The notes under the pieces: generated by a model
Told to the model about the DNA's origin: nothing
What the model saw: the letters and a program-made list of their open reading frames with translations, nothing else
Database searches by the model: none
Source: Azolla caroliniana
Lineage: Eukaryota; Plantae; Polypodiophyta
Assembly: GCA_043228905.1 (NCBI GenBank)
Contig: JBHGNT010000036.1
Location: 124,001 to 188,000 of the forward strand
Direction of reading: 5' to 3'
Length of the DNA: 64,000 nt
Program-made: the position numbers and the translations under genes
Part shown: piece by piece, positions 1-11,600 of the stretch
Layout: each line of letters opens with the position of its first letter
Numbering within the stretch: position 1 is the stretch's first letter

Positions 1-620
1 CTTAGTCGACACCATGTGTTTGAGCATATCCCTTAGCTACAAGTCGTGCCTTGTAGCGGTTGACCGAACCGTCAACATTATATTTAACCTTGAAAATCCA
101 TCTACAGCCGATTGCTTTCTTGTGTGGAGAATGGGGGACAAGATCCCATGTCTCATTTTTTCTTAGAGCCTACATTTCTTCGTTCATAGCTTCGATCCAT
201 CGTGGATCATTGGTTGCCTCGGAAAAGGTTTCCAGTTCTCAAACTGTTGCCACCTTCATCATAAAGGCATAATGATATATAGCTGAATCGACTAACTGAG
301 TTTTTCTCTTAGGTGGAGCAACGGAGCTTCTCGTTTGTAGAGGCTAAAGCTGTCTTTGCTCCATCCATCCGGATGATTGAAATGTCAAGGCCTTCAAACT
401 CACTATCAAGGGAGTGAGTTGACTCACTGTCGATCGGATCTTCGTATTCTGGCATTTTGGCCTTCCCTTTGTCGAGCTTTGGGCTCAACCGAGAAGTGCT
501 CTGGTCACTCATGGGCTCTTGTGGTCCACTCAACCTTGTCGTAATCGGACTTTCTTCGAACATGTGCCTCAACCGATCTTCGTCTTCTATCTCTCGTTCA
601 GCGGATTCCAGGCCGATTGG

Positions 621-1250
621 GTTAGCAATAGGCCCAGTTTCGGCTCCGACAGAACTGAACCATTAAGCCATGGTTTAAGGTTTATAAGTTCCAAAATAAC
701 TTAACGGTTTGGTTTGGTTTTAATGATTAATAAACGGTTTGATTCTAGTTCAGTTTGGTTCTAAAACTAGCGTTTATCGGTTTATTGGTTTAAGTGGTTT
801 GGTTTAAAGGTTTATAGGTTTTTGGGCAAACTTTTTTTATCCCTTAAATGTTTATGTAATTTAATGGTTTAATTAATGTTTTTTATTGATTTAATTCCCT
901 TAACTTAAATGTTTATTTAATCTAATGGCTTAATTAATGCTTATTTATTTATTTAATTAATTAAACATAAATGCTTATTTAATCTAGTGTATTTTTATTT
1001 CTTTAATTTTTTAATTAGTTTGGCTTAAATGTGGTTAGGTTTAAACTTTTTATTAAATGGCTCGGTTTGGTTTCATTTGTTCCCTAAACGGTTTTGGTTT
1101 AAATAGTTTGGTTTACCTTTTCTTAAATGGTTTGGTTTAATTGCTTGAAAGTTCATAAATGGTTTGGTTTGGTTTTTGTTTTATATAAATGGTTTGGTTT
1201 AGTTCGGTTTGGTTTCAATGCAAAGAAACCGAACTGGGCCCATTGCTAAC
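621..1250. mobile_element. Non-autonomous TIR DNA transposon (MITE-like, possibly hAT)
   Basis: TIR GTTAGCAATAGGCCCAGTT (621-) versus AACTGGGCCCATTGCTAAC (-1250); AT-rich core with many GGTTT/CGGTT repeats; flanks TTGG/TTGG; interrupts the copia INT-RT linker. Confidence 0.8.
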
Positions 1251-1299
1251 TTGGGTTGGAATCGAAGTCGTTTCTCGTTCCTACCAAGATGCCGACTCA

Positions 1300-2264
1300 T
1301 CAAAAACGACGTCTCGACTCACTAGAACTTTTCAGGTGGATGTATTGTAACATTTGTAACCTTTTTGTTCGAGTGAGTGCCCTATGAGGATCAAGCTTTT
1401 GTCGCTTCTCGTCAAGAATATGTACATAGGCGATTGAGCCAAATATCCGAACGTGTGATAGATCCGTCTTCTTTCCGAAGAACCTCTCGTGAGAGGTTAC
1501 GTCATGTACCCCAGAGGTTGTACACATGTTCATCAAATAGACGACTATTTAGCCGCTTCTGCCCAGTATGATTTTGCCACCTCTATTATATGCCGATTCT
1601 TGCACTTGGCTACTCCATTTTGTTGAGGTGTGTGTTGACAGGAGAATTCTTATCGAACTCCTTCCTTTCGGAGATACGGTGTAAATTCGTTCGAGAAATA
1701 CTCCTTGCCTCCATCCGATCGAAGGCATCGGACATGTTGACTAGTGGCTTTTTCAACTTCATTTTTAAACTTTTGGAAGTATCTGAACACTTCACTCTTT
1801 TGTCGCATAGGGTAAATCCAGGTATGCCTGGAGAAGTCGTCGATAAACGTGACATAATATCGACAACCATTGAATGTTGTCATCTGGGCTGGTGCCCATA
1901 CATCTGAATGTACTACATCTAGGATCTCGTTGCTCACATTCCTCTCTTTCGGCAACGGTTGTCAATGTTGTTTGCCCATCATCTTGTATTCGGTAAAAGT
2001 TGGGAGTCCAATGACAACTCCTTTTGACCGTATTCCTTTGAGCTTCTGGAGATTGATGTGGTCAATTCGCTTGTGCCACAGTTTCAAGTCGGCTTCAACT
2101 TTGAGGCCATTTGCGAACATAGCCAACTTCACCTTGTTCGATTCGAGGATGAACATTCGACCTTCTCTTCGACCGTGAGCTACTAGTCGGCCTTCTTTTT
2201 CAATGAAGAACCCATCATTATCGAATCGTACTTGCATGCCTTGTTCGATAATCTGGCCGACCGT
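1300..2264 (-). pseudogene. copia GAG-pre-integrase and integrase (rve), fragmented
   Basis: ORFs 1962-2237, 1650-1955 and 1300-1536 carry copia integrase motifs split by frameshifts and deletions. Confidence 0.88.
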
Positions 2265-2333
2265 TGTCGTGAAGATTCCCCGCCACAGTGAGAAAACCGG
2301 GTGGAATGGGCAAAGTCGGCAATGTGCACCGTG

Positions 2334-2879
2334 TGCACATGTACATTAGAAAATGTGTATAAAATAACAAGGGGATATTTATCCCACAATGTAACATCTT
2401 TCCCTCCTTGGACTATAAAAGGAGACAAAGGGGCTCTTATGAGGGGTTGCCCATTTTTTAGTTAGGAGGGTATACCACTTACATCTAGGGTTTGTAGTTG
2501 TCTCTTCTTCTTACTTTCTTACTTTCTTTAGGGTTTCATTTGAGTTTTCTTCTTCTTCTTTGTCATGTGGGTTGGGTTTCTCTTCTGAGTGGAGTCTTGT
2601 TAGTTTCCTCTATTAGGGTTTGTTGCTTCATCTCTGCTAGGGTTCGCTTAGTTTGTGTGCTTTGAGGCTTCGGTTCGCAATTCTATCTTCTGTAGAGGAC
2701 CCCACTCGCGTAGGCGAGCTTGTGTGCTCCCCGACTGGAGCTTGCCTACAGATGACTCCCCTGCCTCTTTGCAATTGGACTGGCTCGTAATCGGTGTTGT
2801 AATTGTTCCTGTAATACCTATAAGAAAGCTTCCGTGTATCTGTGTCGGCATCCGTGTCTTTACTGTTTTTTATCCCACA
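2334..2879 (+). mobile_element. Probable solo LTR B nested in LTR A
   Basis: TG..TTTATCCCACA ends, TATA-like CTATAAAAGG (~2412), pyrimidine-rich U5-like tail; imperfect flanks CGTG/GGTG; left boundary uncertain. Confidence 0.45.
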
Positions 2880-3003
2880 GGTGCACGAGTTGTGATGTGT
2901 GTGTGTGTTGAGTCATTCTGTGTCCCGGCGTGTCTCCTCTTTCGGTCCAGAGGCTCGTTGATTTGTATATAAGAGGGTGCGAAGAGCCGGTGTGCATGCG
3001 CGT

Positions 3004-4639
3004 TGTCGTGAAAATCCGTCACTATGTGCGAATCGTGAGGCAGAACCGCCGAGGTTATGGACGAGAAGGAAATAGGGCTCACACGCACAACACAAGGAAG
3101 GCTTACACAAACAAGGCACGAGTATGGGCAAGCCCAAATGAACCCCTAGTCACAAAGCAAACGAATGCACGTGATAAAGGCTTACACACGGACACACAAG
3201 GAAAAGGCTTACTTACACACATGAGAGATACAATTTCGAATGCCTTTGTGAAAAGAGAGGTGCATGGGCAAACCCGAACGCTCCCTTGTTACAAGACACG
3301 TGAACACAAGCAAGGTTTACACACGGGAGACACAATTTCGAATGCCTTTGTGAAAGGAGAGGTGCATCGGCAAGCCCGGGCCCTCCCTTGCCACAAGTCA
3401 CACGAACACACAAGCAAGATTTACACTAACACATAAGACACAAAAGTTTGAATGCCTTTGTGAAAGGAGAGGTGCATGGGCAAGCCCGAAACGCTCCCCT
3501 ATCACAAGACACACAAACAAATCAGCACAAATGACAATAACATATAAGACACATAATTTTGAATGCCTTTGTAAAAGGAGAGGTGCATGGGCAAGCCCAA
3601 AACGCTCCCTTGTCACAAGATACACAAACAAATAAGCACAAATGACAATAACATATAAGATACGTAAGTTTGAATGCCTTTGTGAAAGGAGAGGTGCATG
3701 GGCAAGACTGAAACACTCCCTTGTCATAAGACACACAAACAAATAAGCACAAACGACGATAACATATAAGACACATAAGTTTGAATGCCTTCGTGAAAGG
3801 AGAGGTGCATGGGCAAGCCCGAAACGCTCCCTTGTCACAAGGCACACAAACAAATAAGCACAAATGACGATAAAATATAAGATACGTACATGAAACCAAA
3901 CATTAGTTTATTGCAATATAATAGATTCTTTTATAAAATAAGAATCAATTTATAACGGGTTTGATATGAATATGAGAGATAATTTATAAAGGAAGGGGGA
4001 AGAGAGGTGGAGGAAAGAAGAGAGTGGAATATAGAAGAAGGTGATTCTTTGTTGATGATGCCTCTCGATGTTGTTGATCCTTCTTCTTTTGCCTTCCAAT
4101 TGAGTAGAGCTTCCACGTTCCTTCTCCCTCCCCCTCGTCTTCACTAGAATAGGCTCTTATTTATAGGTTTAGGATTGCTTTCCTTTTTCCCCTAAAAAAG
4201 CTTGTCTATATGAGTCGACTTTTCTTTTCCTCACTATTTTTGTTTTCTAGCCCCTAATTTCACATGCAAGATATTCTTGGAAAACTCTTTGGGTTAGCTT
4301 TCTTATTCATCTTTTCTTTTCTAATTTGGACATCTGACGAGGAAATTATGAGCTTTTTTCTCTACTGTGCTCCTCATATCCACGTGTGCTTCATTTTTAT
4401 TTTTATTTTTCTCCCCATCTTTTTCTCTACTTTTGAAAACCGCCTTTAACTTAATATTCATCATTATTTATAGTAAGCTTCAATCATTTGACCTTTTATT
4501 TATAAGGAATTATCTTTGGCAAATGAAAAAGTATTTTTGGCTACCAATAAAGTTGACTTCACAATACTAGTTTATTTGAACTACTATTTTACTTCTTTTC
4601 GAGGGTGGTTCAACACTATGTGTTAGAAACATCACGACA
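3004..4639. mobile_element. Solo LTR C (TGTCGTG..CACGACA) nested in LTR A
   Basis: Termini TGTCGTGA/TCACGACA; TSD GCGT/ACGT; no coding capacity; contains a tandem array. Confidence 0.75.
3235..3890. repeat. ~111-bp tandem repeat, about 6 copies, inside LTR C
   Basis: Unit TTGAATGCCTTTGTGAAAGGAGAGGTGCATGGGCAAGCCC... recurs at ~3235, 3337, 3447, 3558, 3669 and 3780. Confidence 0.92.
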
Positions 4640-5257
4640 ACGTGCTCTCCCTCTCTTCAATCTAGTTGCTTCCAGAACGCATCCGAACCCATTCGGTCGC
4701 ATACGAATCTGTCAGGTTCGGTTGCTTCCAGCTCGCATCCGGAATCTTCCCAGTTGGTGCCACAGCCAGTGTAACCGGCCCCAGAGAAAACAGCCTTTCA
4801 GCAACCATCTCTCCCCGGTCCGTGACCTTGGTGGTCCCACCCGATCCAACACACACACGCAGATTCCCACGACACCATGACTAGGTTTTTCGTGATGGTT
4901 GGGACATGCAAGACGTTCTTGAGGCAGGTTTGTTTGCCGTCATTTCTGAATGCATGATGCAAGACAATACAACACACGGCTTGCGGCCTGCACCCAAGCT
5001 GGATATTCGGCATGTGTTGGGTTGGGTTTCATTTCATGAGCTCCCTCAATATAGCTCCAATAACCTTGCCCGACAAGGTATTGATACATCTTGTATAATC
5101 AAGATGCAAAGTTTTTCCTATCGAGCTTCTCCGCAGGAAGAGTGTTTCCCATATGAGTATTCATGGTGTCGATTTCTTCTCTGTTGTTGAACCGGTTCTA
5201 TTGATCGTCGGTGTGTAGCACAACACAGTTGAATAAGCTCGATTAGAAAACCACACA

Positions 5258-5268
5258 CTCTGATACTA
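5258..5268 (-). other. copia primer-binding site (tRNA-iMet type, one mismatch)
   Basis: Minus strand TAGTATCAGAG (consensus TGGTATCAGAG) directly after LTR end ..TTTACA. Confidence 0.8.
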
Positions 5269-5351
5269 TGTAAAGAATGGAAAGCATAGGTGATATTGTG
5301 CAGCGAAAGTGAACTGTGTGTGAGTGTACGAAAGACAAGCAGAGAGAGAGA

Positions 5352-7695
5352 TTAACGTCTTCTAAGGCCAAAATTGGCCCATGAGACAATTGGTTTACAA
5401 CAAGATGGGATATTTACCCATTCATCGAAAGTAAAAATAAAATAAAATAAAAATAGAGCTTAAGCTAAATAGTTCTAGTAAAATAACAAACATGTTCTAC
5501 AATGAAATGGCTTTATACTAGGCCTAGTTTCATTTCCATCCAAGTCTCTCGAAAAGAAGCGGGAGGTCAAAGGGTTTCGATGTGGATGTGCCCCCCCCCC
5601 CCCCCCCCCCCCGTGGTCCCAATGTAGAAGGTACCCCAACAATAGCTTCTAATCGGCATAGCTCACATTCCTTTATCTTCTTAATCGTTTCTACTCCACG
5701 TCGAGTTGGTTTAAAGCCCAACATCCGAGGGTGTTTGGTTGTTCTTTGCATTTATGCTTCCTCAAGAGAGAGGTCGAGTGGCGTAAGTGTATCCACATTC
5801 ATCTTCTCCCCTTGTTCCTGAAAAATTGCACTGCTTACATGTTGATGAATATTAAAAGGGTTATGGTAAACACTTTGTAGCTTATTCTCCCTATGTTGTT
5901 TTAGCTCTAAGATATACCTACCTAGTCTCTTTATATCCGGGCTATCTAATAGTTTGGAGAGGGTGGGAGCGGGTCCTAATATGTCTTGGTATTCCGCCCT
6001 TATACACTTGCATGTAAAGTGATACTCATCCTCTATCTCTATGTGACATAATCTACATAGCCTTTCCTCTTTAGGGACTCTATTAGCCCGACCATTCTCA
6101 ATCTCAGGTTGGTGAGATGATATCCTAAGTTGTCCAATGGCCACCCTTAGTGCATTTCATAAGAATGTATCTAGATATCTTGGTCGTGTAATAAAACCTA
6201 ACTTAGAGAAGTGCAAGAAGTGTTCCTTATAGTACAACATTTCATATGGGAGTGGCTCTCGTGGGATGATCCATGTATATCGGGTGTAAATTTGCCATAT
6301 TTCTTGGTGTATTACTTTATTATGGTCTTCATGAGATATTAAAGTTTGATCAGTCCCATGGTTGTACTTAAGGGGAGGTAGATTGTTAATGTCTATGTCA
6401 TTTGCAAGTAACCAACTCACTACAATGCTATACCAAGAATTAGTGTCTCCAAACGCATATAGGGATTGGGATGCCTCAAAGGCTCGACGGGAGATCCTAT
6501 CTTGTGGTTGGTTATGTATCTGATGAATAAAAACTACCACTTGGAAAAGTGCTTCTACTAGTATCAGGAGCAAACTGAACTCTACTCTAATAATGTCATG
6601 CAGTACTATCAATTTGCTTCGTAGTTGACATGATAGCATCGTCACCAAAGGTCTCTCTAATTGCGTCCACATGAAAGATAGTAGACTTGGAGCCCATACT
6701 AGTGATGCATACATGAGGGACGGGGTCACTAATGAGTCAAAGAGTCATCCCTTAGTCCGTGGTTCTTGAAAGTATGCCTGGTGGCATTGTCTCTCAAAAA
6801 GTGAGAGGGATGCATACCCTCTCACTAGCCTATCTTTGGTTGCCTGGGTCATCGAGAAATTACCTGAACGAGCACTAAAATTGACTCCCAAGTATATATA
6901 TGATCCGACTACCTCAACTAGTTTATGAGAGAGGAGTAGGTGACATTTACTCCTAACTCCTGACGATGTATGAAAGATAAGGACTTTAGTTTTCGCCAGA
7001 TTCACTACCAGTCCTCGTTGTGTACAAAAGTCATCTAGGGCATTAAGATGCTTTTGTAGGTAGTGTTCAGACTCCGAGAGGAAGACGATGTTGTCTGTGT
7101 AGAGTAAGAGACTAACTTGCGTACCCCCAATAGCTACTCCATTGCCTCCCTTACGAGCAATAAAATCAATGATCTCATCAATGTAGATCCCAAAAAGAGT
7201 TAGTGATAGCGGGAACCCTGTTTTACACCAATGGTACTGGTGAAACAATCAGATAGGCCACATGGGCATCTTATGCACCCAGAGACTTGCTCATATAGAG
7301 CATAAATGGCCCAGATCATATCATTTGGTATCTCCAAGATTTTAAGTCTATCAAACAACCTCTCCCTAGGAATTGTGTCAAAGGCTTTGCGGAAATCCAC
7401 AAAGCAACAATACAATTTCTTCTTACGAGCCTTCTTCTGGTCAATTAAGCACCTAAGTGTGAAGATATGGTCAATGGTGGAGAAGGCTTGTCTAAATGCA
7501 GCCTGCTCAGGTGCTCAAAGACTTAATGTTTCCATATAATCGTTGAGCTCTGCTTCCATTACTACACCATATACTTTGGCAAGCGTATGACCTATCATAA
7601 TGGTCCTATATGTATTTGGGTCCATTGGGTCCCCTCCTTTTATGTATAGGGGCCACTATGTTCATTGTCGTCCATTGTGATGGAAAACCCTCGGC

Positions 7696-7696
<1 letters not shown>
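5352..7696 (-). mobile_element. LINE A, 5'-truncated RTEX/L2-like non-LTR retrotransposon
   Basis: RT motifs CFVDFRKAFD, GVKQG, LLYTDN(ADD), YIYLGV; C-terminal QLRISSH..EIENGR..RLCRLC..EDEYHF..C; (GA)n on both flanks; conserved 3' hairpin at 5357-5387. Clade assignment is inference. Confidence 0.85.

Positions 7697-7698
<2 letters not shown>

Positions 7699-7729
<31 letters not shown>
7699..7729. repeat. (GA)n microsatellite
   Basis: About 15 GA units at the LINE A 5' junction. Confidence 0.95.
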
Positions 7730-7733
<4 letters not shown>

Positions 7734-9232
7734 GACCAAGAACCAATATTAGTGAACAATAAAATTACATCCAATAGTAACTAAGTTACAAAAGGTGGGT
7801 TTAAATACCAACTAGTTTAGGGCAACTGCCCTTTATGTTATTTACAAAACTAGCCTAGTGTGTCCACTGCTAGTGTGAAAGCACTTCATTGTGAAAGTTG
7901 AGTTCGATTATCAACAATTTCTATGGGCCGAACACATGTTTCCAAGAGCATAACTTAATAAGAGGTAGTACATTTAACTCTTGATTGCCTCCTTAAAAAC
8001 TTCTTTTGAATTTTCTCAATCTCATTCCATGCATTAAGAGAGATGGTGTCATCCTATACGTCTACTCCATAAAGCAATACTTGAGTTACCATGGAATTGA
8101 ACAACATTAGTTTTACTTCCCATCCACAAGTATCACATTGGTTACATTGGTTCTCCAAAAGGCAATACGATTTCTAACCGGCTTGAAGCCTAGAATCAAA
8201 GCATGCACTCCATTTATTTGTTGCAGGTACATCAATACACTAAATACTTAAATCTTTGAACAAATTGTATATGTTCACCATTATATGTTAGCATAGGGTA
8301 ATAATGAGGTTGGTTGGTTTGTACTACCATCATTTTTGTTTTCTCCACATTCACTACTAGTCCACTACTATAACAAAATTCTTCTAATACCCAAGTAAAT
8401 GTAGCATACTATCAACATCATATGAGAAGAGTACCACATCATATGCATATAGACGCAATAAGTTAACATGTTGCATCAATTTGGGGGCCTTCAATCCTTC
8501 TTCTCTTCCAACCTCATTCACCACTTCTTCTAATTTATCAATAAATAAGCCAAAGAGTGTGGGTGTTAGTGGACATCCTTGCTTGACCCCCATATTACTT
8601 AAAAATTCCTTTGAGAATCCACTATCCATTTGTAGTTGACATTTTACTTGTTCATATAGGCATGCAATAGCAACTCGGTACTCTAATGGCATGTCAATCT
8701 CTACCATTCTATTCCAAAGCTCACTTCGCGGTACGGTATCAAAAGCTTCTTTGAAATCAACAAAACAACAATAAAGTGTTTTTCCTTGTAATCGACTCTC
8801 TTCCATGATTACTCTCAATGTGACCAAATGATCTATAGTGGAGTGTTTTAGTCTAAATCTTGCTTTTCCAAGTGCTCTTTTACTTGTACTTTCAGCCCAT
8901 GTGCTTATCTTTTGCTCCATAATAGTGCTATATAATTTAGCAATAGTTGAGGTCACCATTATTGTACGATAATTTGACACTTGATTCTTATCTCTAGCTT
9001 TAAAGATTGGTTTAATCCAATTCATAAGTCAATCATTTGGAAAACCTTGTTTTATAGCTTGCTCTATAATTGTCAATATCCAATGACGAGTATGTGACCT
9101 TGTCCATTTTAAAAGCTCACTTGAGACATGGGTTACATATGCTACTTTCCCACTCACCATCTTCTTTATTCCCTTATTGACATCATCAATATCGATACAT
9201 TTAGTGTATGCTGTTTCAATGTTCTCAACCGT

Positions 9233-10134
9233 TGTCGAGGAAATCCTCGTGGATGCGTGGAAGTCGAGCAGGACCACGGGGGTCTCGAACCGAGGAATCG
9301 AGGAAACGAGAAGGGAGCCGTTTGACAATTGCGTAGGTCTTGGGACCACGGGAAAACAGGTAATGCTAGCGATCGAGAGAGGGTAAAAGAGTCGTGCGTA
9401 GACGCGGACACGGGCAAGACATTGAGAACAATGTTTGTTAGGCAAAGAGGGTTTCTATTAAACAACACAAGTGCACAATGCAGTGGGTGATTACAGCCGG
9501 GTCAAAGTCGGTGATGGAGTGTGGAGCTTGGTAAACAACACAGGTGCACAGTGCGGTGGGTGATTACAGCCGGATCAGAGCCGGTGAAGGAGCGCGGAGC
9601 TTGGTAAACAACACAGGTGCACAGTGCGGTGGGTGATTACAGCCGGATCAGAGCCGGTGCTGGAGCGCGGAGCTTGGTAATAGCTAGACACGAAGGTGCG
9701 TTGGCACGTTGAAGGTCGATCCCCTAGCCGGGAGCACTCGGGCGTCAGACACGTGTAGGGGAAGCGCCTTCCGATGATCAATCCTCCTCTTTTCTGTATC
9801 TCCTCTTTTCTGTATCTCCTCTTTTCTGTATCTCCCCTCCTCTCCTCTCAATGGCTTCCTCTTTTCTCAATGGCCTCCCCTTTTCTAGCACAAGGAGCGA
9901 CCGTTCCCAGCATTCATGACTTCTCGCTTTCCCTTCCTAGATCCTCTCCCCTCGTAACTCTCCCTACATATGCGATGTCTATTTCTTCATTAATGCCCTA
10001 ACTACCTAGTACCCCTCTGTATACTCATGCCTAGTACTTTCCCTAGCTAATTCTCTCGAGACGTGCACTCGCGTAAACCGGTATTCCTGCGCGTTTCACC
10101 TTGTTTCTACCTATGGCTCGGAATCTTCACGACA
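9233..10134 (-). repeat. 3' LTR of outer gypsy (3x 73-bp internal repeat at 9460-9678)
   Basis: Direct repeat of 20410-21268; TGTCG..CGACA termini; PPT GGTGGGGGTGGA adjacent on minus. Confidence 0.92.
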
Positions 10135-10910
10135 TCCACCCCCACCAAACCGCACATCCTCCGATATGTGCCGGATAGTGAATTTAGTGGAGGATTCTGG
10201 GCCATCGGTTACTCGTCCTCCTCTCCTGAGCTGGCGCTTCCGGCTTCCGAGTCCAGTTCCTCCTCGTTCCGTCTCTTGAAGGCTTTTATCCGCTTCCCAG
10301 CCACCGGAGTCGTTATTCGCATCCCGTCGAGCTCCGCGAGATGATACATGGCATTGTCGTTGATGTTATTTACCACGTACAGCCCGAACAATCTCTTCAC
10401 GAACTTGCGCGTAGACCTATGTTGGTTGTTGAGGTTGTTGTCGTAGACTAACACCCAGTCGCCCTCCTCGATCTGTCCCGTCGAGCTCCGCAAGATGATA
10501 CATGGCATTGTCGTTGACGTTATTTACCACGTACGGCCTGAACAATCTCTTCACGAACTTGCGCGTAGACCTATGTTGGTTGTTGAGGTTGTTGTCGTAG
10601 ACTAACACCCAGTCGCCCTCCTCGATCTTCCTTGGCCGGAGCCGGTGCGTTTGGCCGAACCGGGCTTTGTTCCAGATCCTTGCTTCTCTCACCCTCATCG
10701 TGGCTCGTTCCACGTCTTCCGGTCTTCGCTCGAGTTGTCGGATTCATGCTGCTAGCAACTCTTCTCTGCTCATTTCGCTAGCCCAATCGATCGTTGCCCA
10801 CGAGGCGATCGTCCACTCTATTGGCATGATGGGTTTCTGTCCGTACATTAGTTCTGTCGGCATGTACCCTGTCACCTAGTTGTGGGTAGTCATGTCCGCC
10901 CATAATGCGT

Positions 10911-11557
10911 TGTCGTGAAGAAAACCGTCCACGAGCGGAATCGGTGCGCCGGAGCATAGGAACCGGCTCCTCATGCACGTACGCCTTATGTTGCACATAA
11001 GAGAGAATTAGGGACATGGAAGATCCTAGGTAGGTAGATTCGGTAGGTAGGAAGTTAATAGGAAACGGCTCCCTTCTTGCCTATAAAAGGAGGGAGACGA
11101 GGAAGAGGAAGGGATCGCGGAATCAGAGAGGACGAAGTGCTGTCGGGCTGTGGGTCGAAGGCTTCTCTCTCTTCCATACTCTCCGTAGCTTCTTTCTATG
11201 CAGGTTTCGTGAGGCTCGCGCTGCTCTGAGGAATGCCCGAGTGCTTCCGGCAGCACCTCCAACCTACTCCTTCCTTTCTGAGCGTTTGCGAACAGGCATC
11301 AACATCTGTTCGCCGGCCTGTTCGGTTGTAACCGACTTTGAGCTTTTGTTGTTTGTCTCTGTTAATATATACTTACATACCGTTGTGCCTCTCTGTGTTG
11401 GTTTCCCCGCTCGCGTCTTCGTGTCGAAGGGCCGTGTCCCTGTGGATCTACGCTCACACGTAGTGGGTTCCTTCCCTTCTCCTTTCCCTATTGCTCTTCG
11501 GTACAAGACCCCCGAGGTCCCGCCTCATTCCACGCATCCGCGAGGAGTACCTCGACA
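10911..11557 (+). repeat. 5' LTR of inner gypsy
   Basis: TGTCGTG..CTCGACA; TATA box CCTATAAAAGG at ~11080. Confidence 0.95.
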
Positions 11558-11560
11558 TCT

Positions 11561-11578
11561 TGGTGAACCCGACGTGAA
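11561..11578 (+). other. PBS complementary to the tRNA-Trp(CCA) 3' end
   Basis: TGGTGAACCCGACGTGAA is the reverse complement of the plant tRNA-Trp 3' end TTCACGTCGGGTTCACCA (sequence recalled from memory). Confidence 0.85.
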
Positions 11579-11600
11579 GGAGGCGGCAGAAGAGCAGAAG

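Larger units (their letters stand above)
2265..4874 (+). mobile_element. Solo LTR A (TGTCGTG..CACGACA, gypsy-type) with two nested inserts
   Basis: Starts TGTCGTGAAGATTCC like the LTR of the 9233-21268 gypsy; ends CACGACA; TSD CCGT/CCAT; removing it rejoins copia TKNLV|VGQIIEQGMQVRF. Confidence 0.8.
1..7916 (-). mobile_element. Ty1/copia LTR retrotransposon, decayed, runs off the left edge; inserted into LINE B
   Basis: Minus-strand copia order: 5' LTR (ends 7916), Met PBS (5258-5268), CLKNVLHVPTITKNL (~4880-4930), GAG-pre-integrase LWHKRIDHIN (1962-2237), integrase VHSDVW/FIDDFSR/LRSDGGKEY (1650-1955), RT start NETWDLV..AIGCRWIFKVK..RYKARLVAKGYAQ (1-280). Most of gag is deleted; many stops. 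Confidence 0.9.
5269..7916 (-). repeat. copia 5' LTR (TGTTGA..TTTACA), split by LINE A into 5269-5351 and ~7697-7916
   Basis: PBS adjacent at 5268; TATA-like TATTTAAA on minus near 7800; the LINE B reading (..MLLETCVRPIEI) stops at 7917. Confidence 0.7.

Noticed and set aside
3235-3890. Regular repeats as a CRISPR-like array (also the 73-bp units at 9460-9678)
   Set aside because: Whole units repeat with no unique spacers, there are no cas genes, and the context is a eukaryotic LTR.
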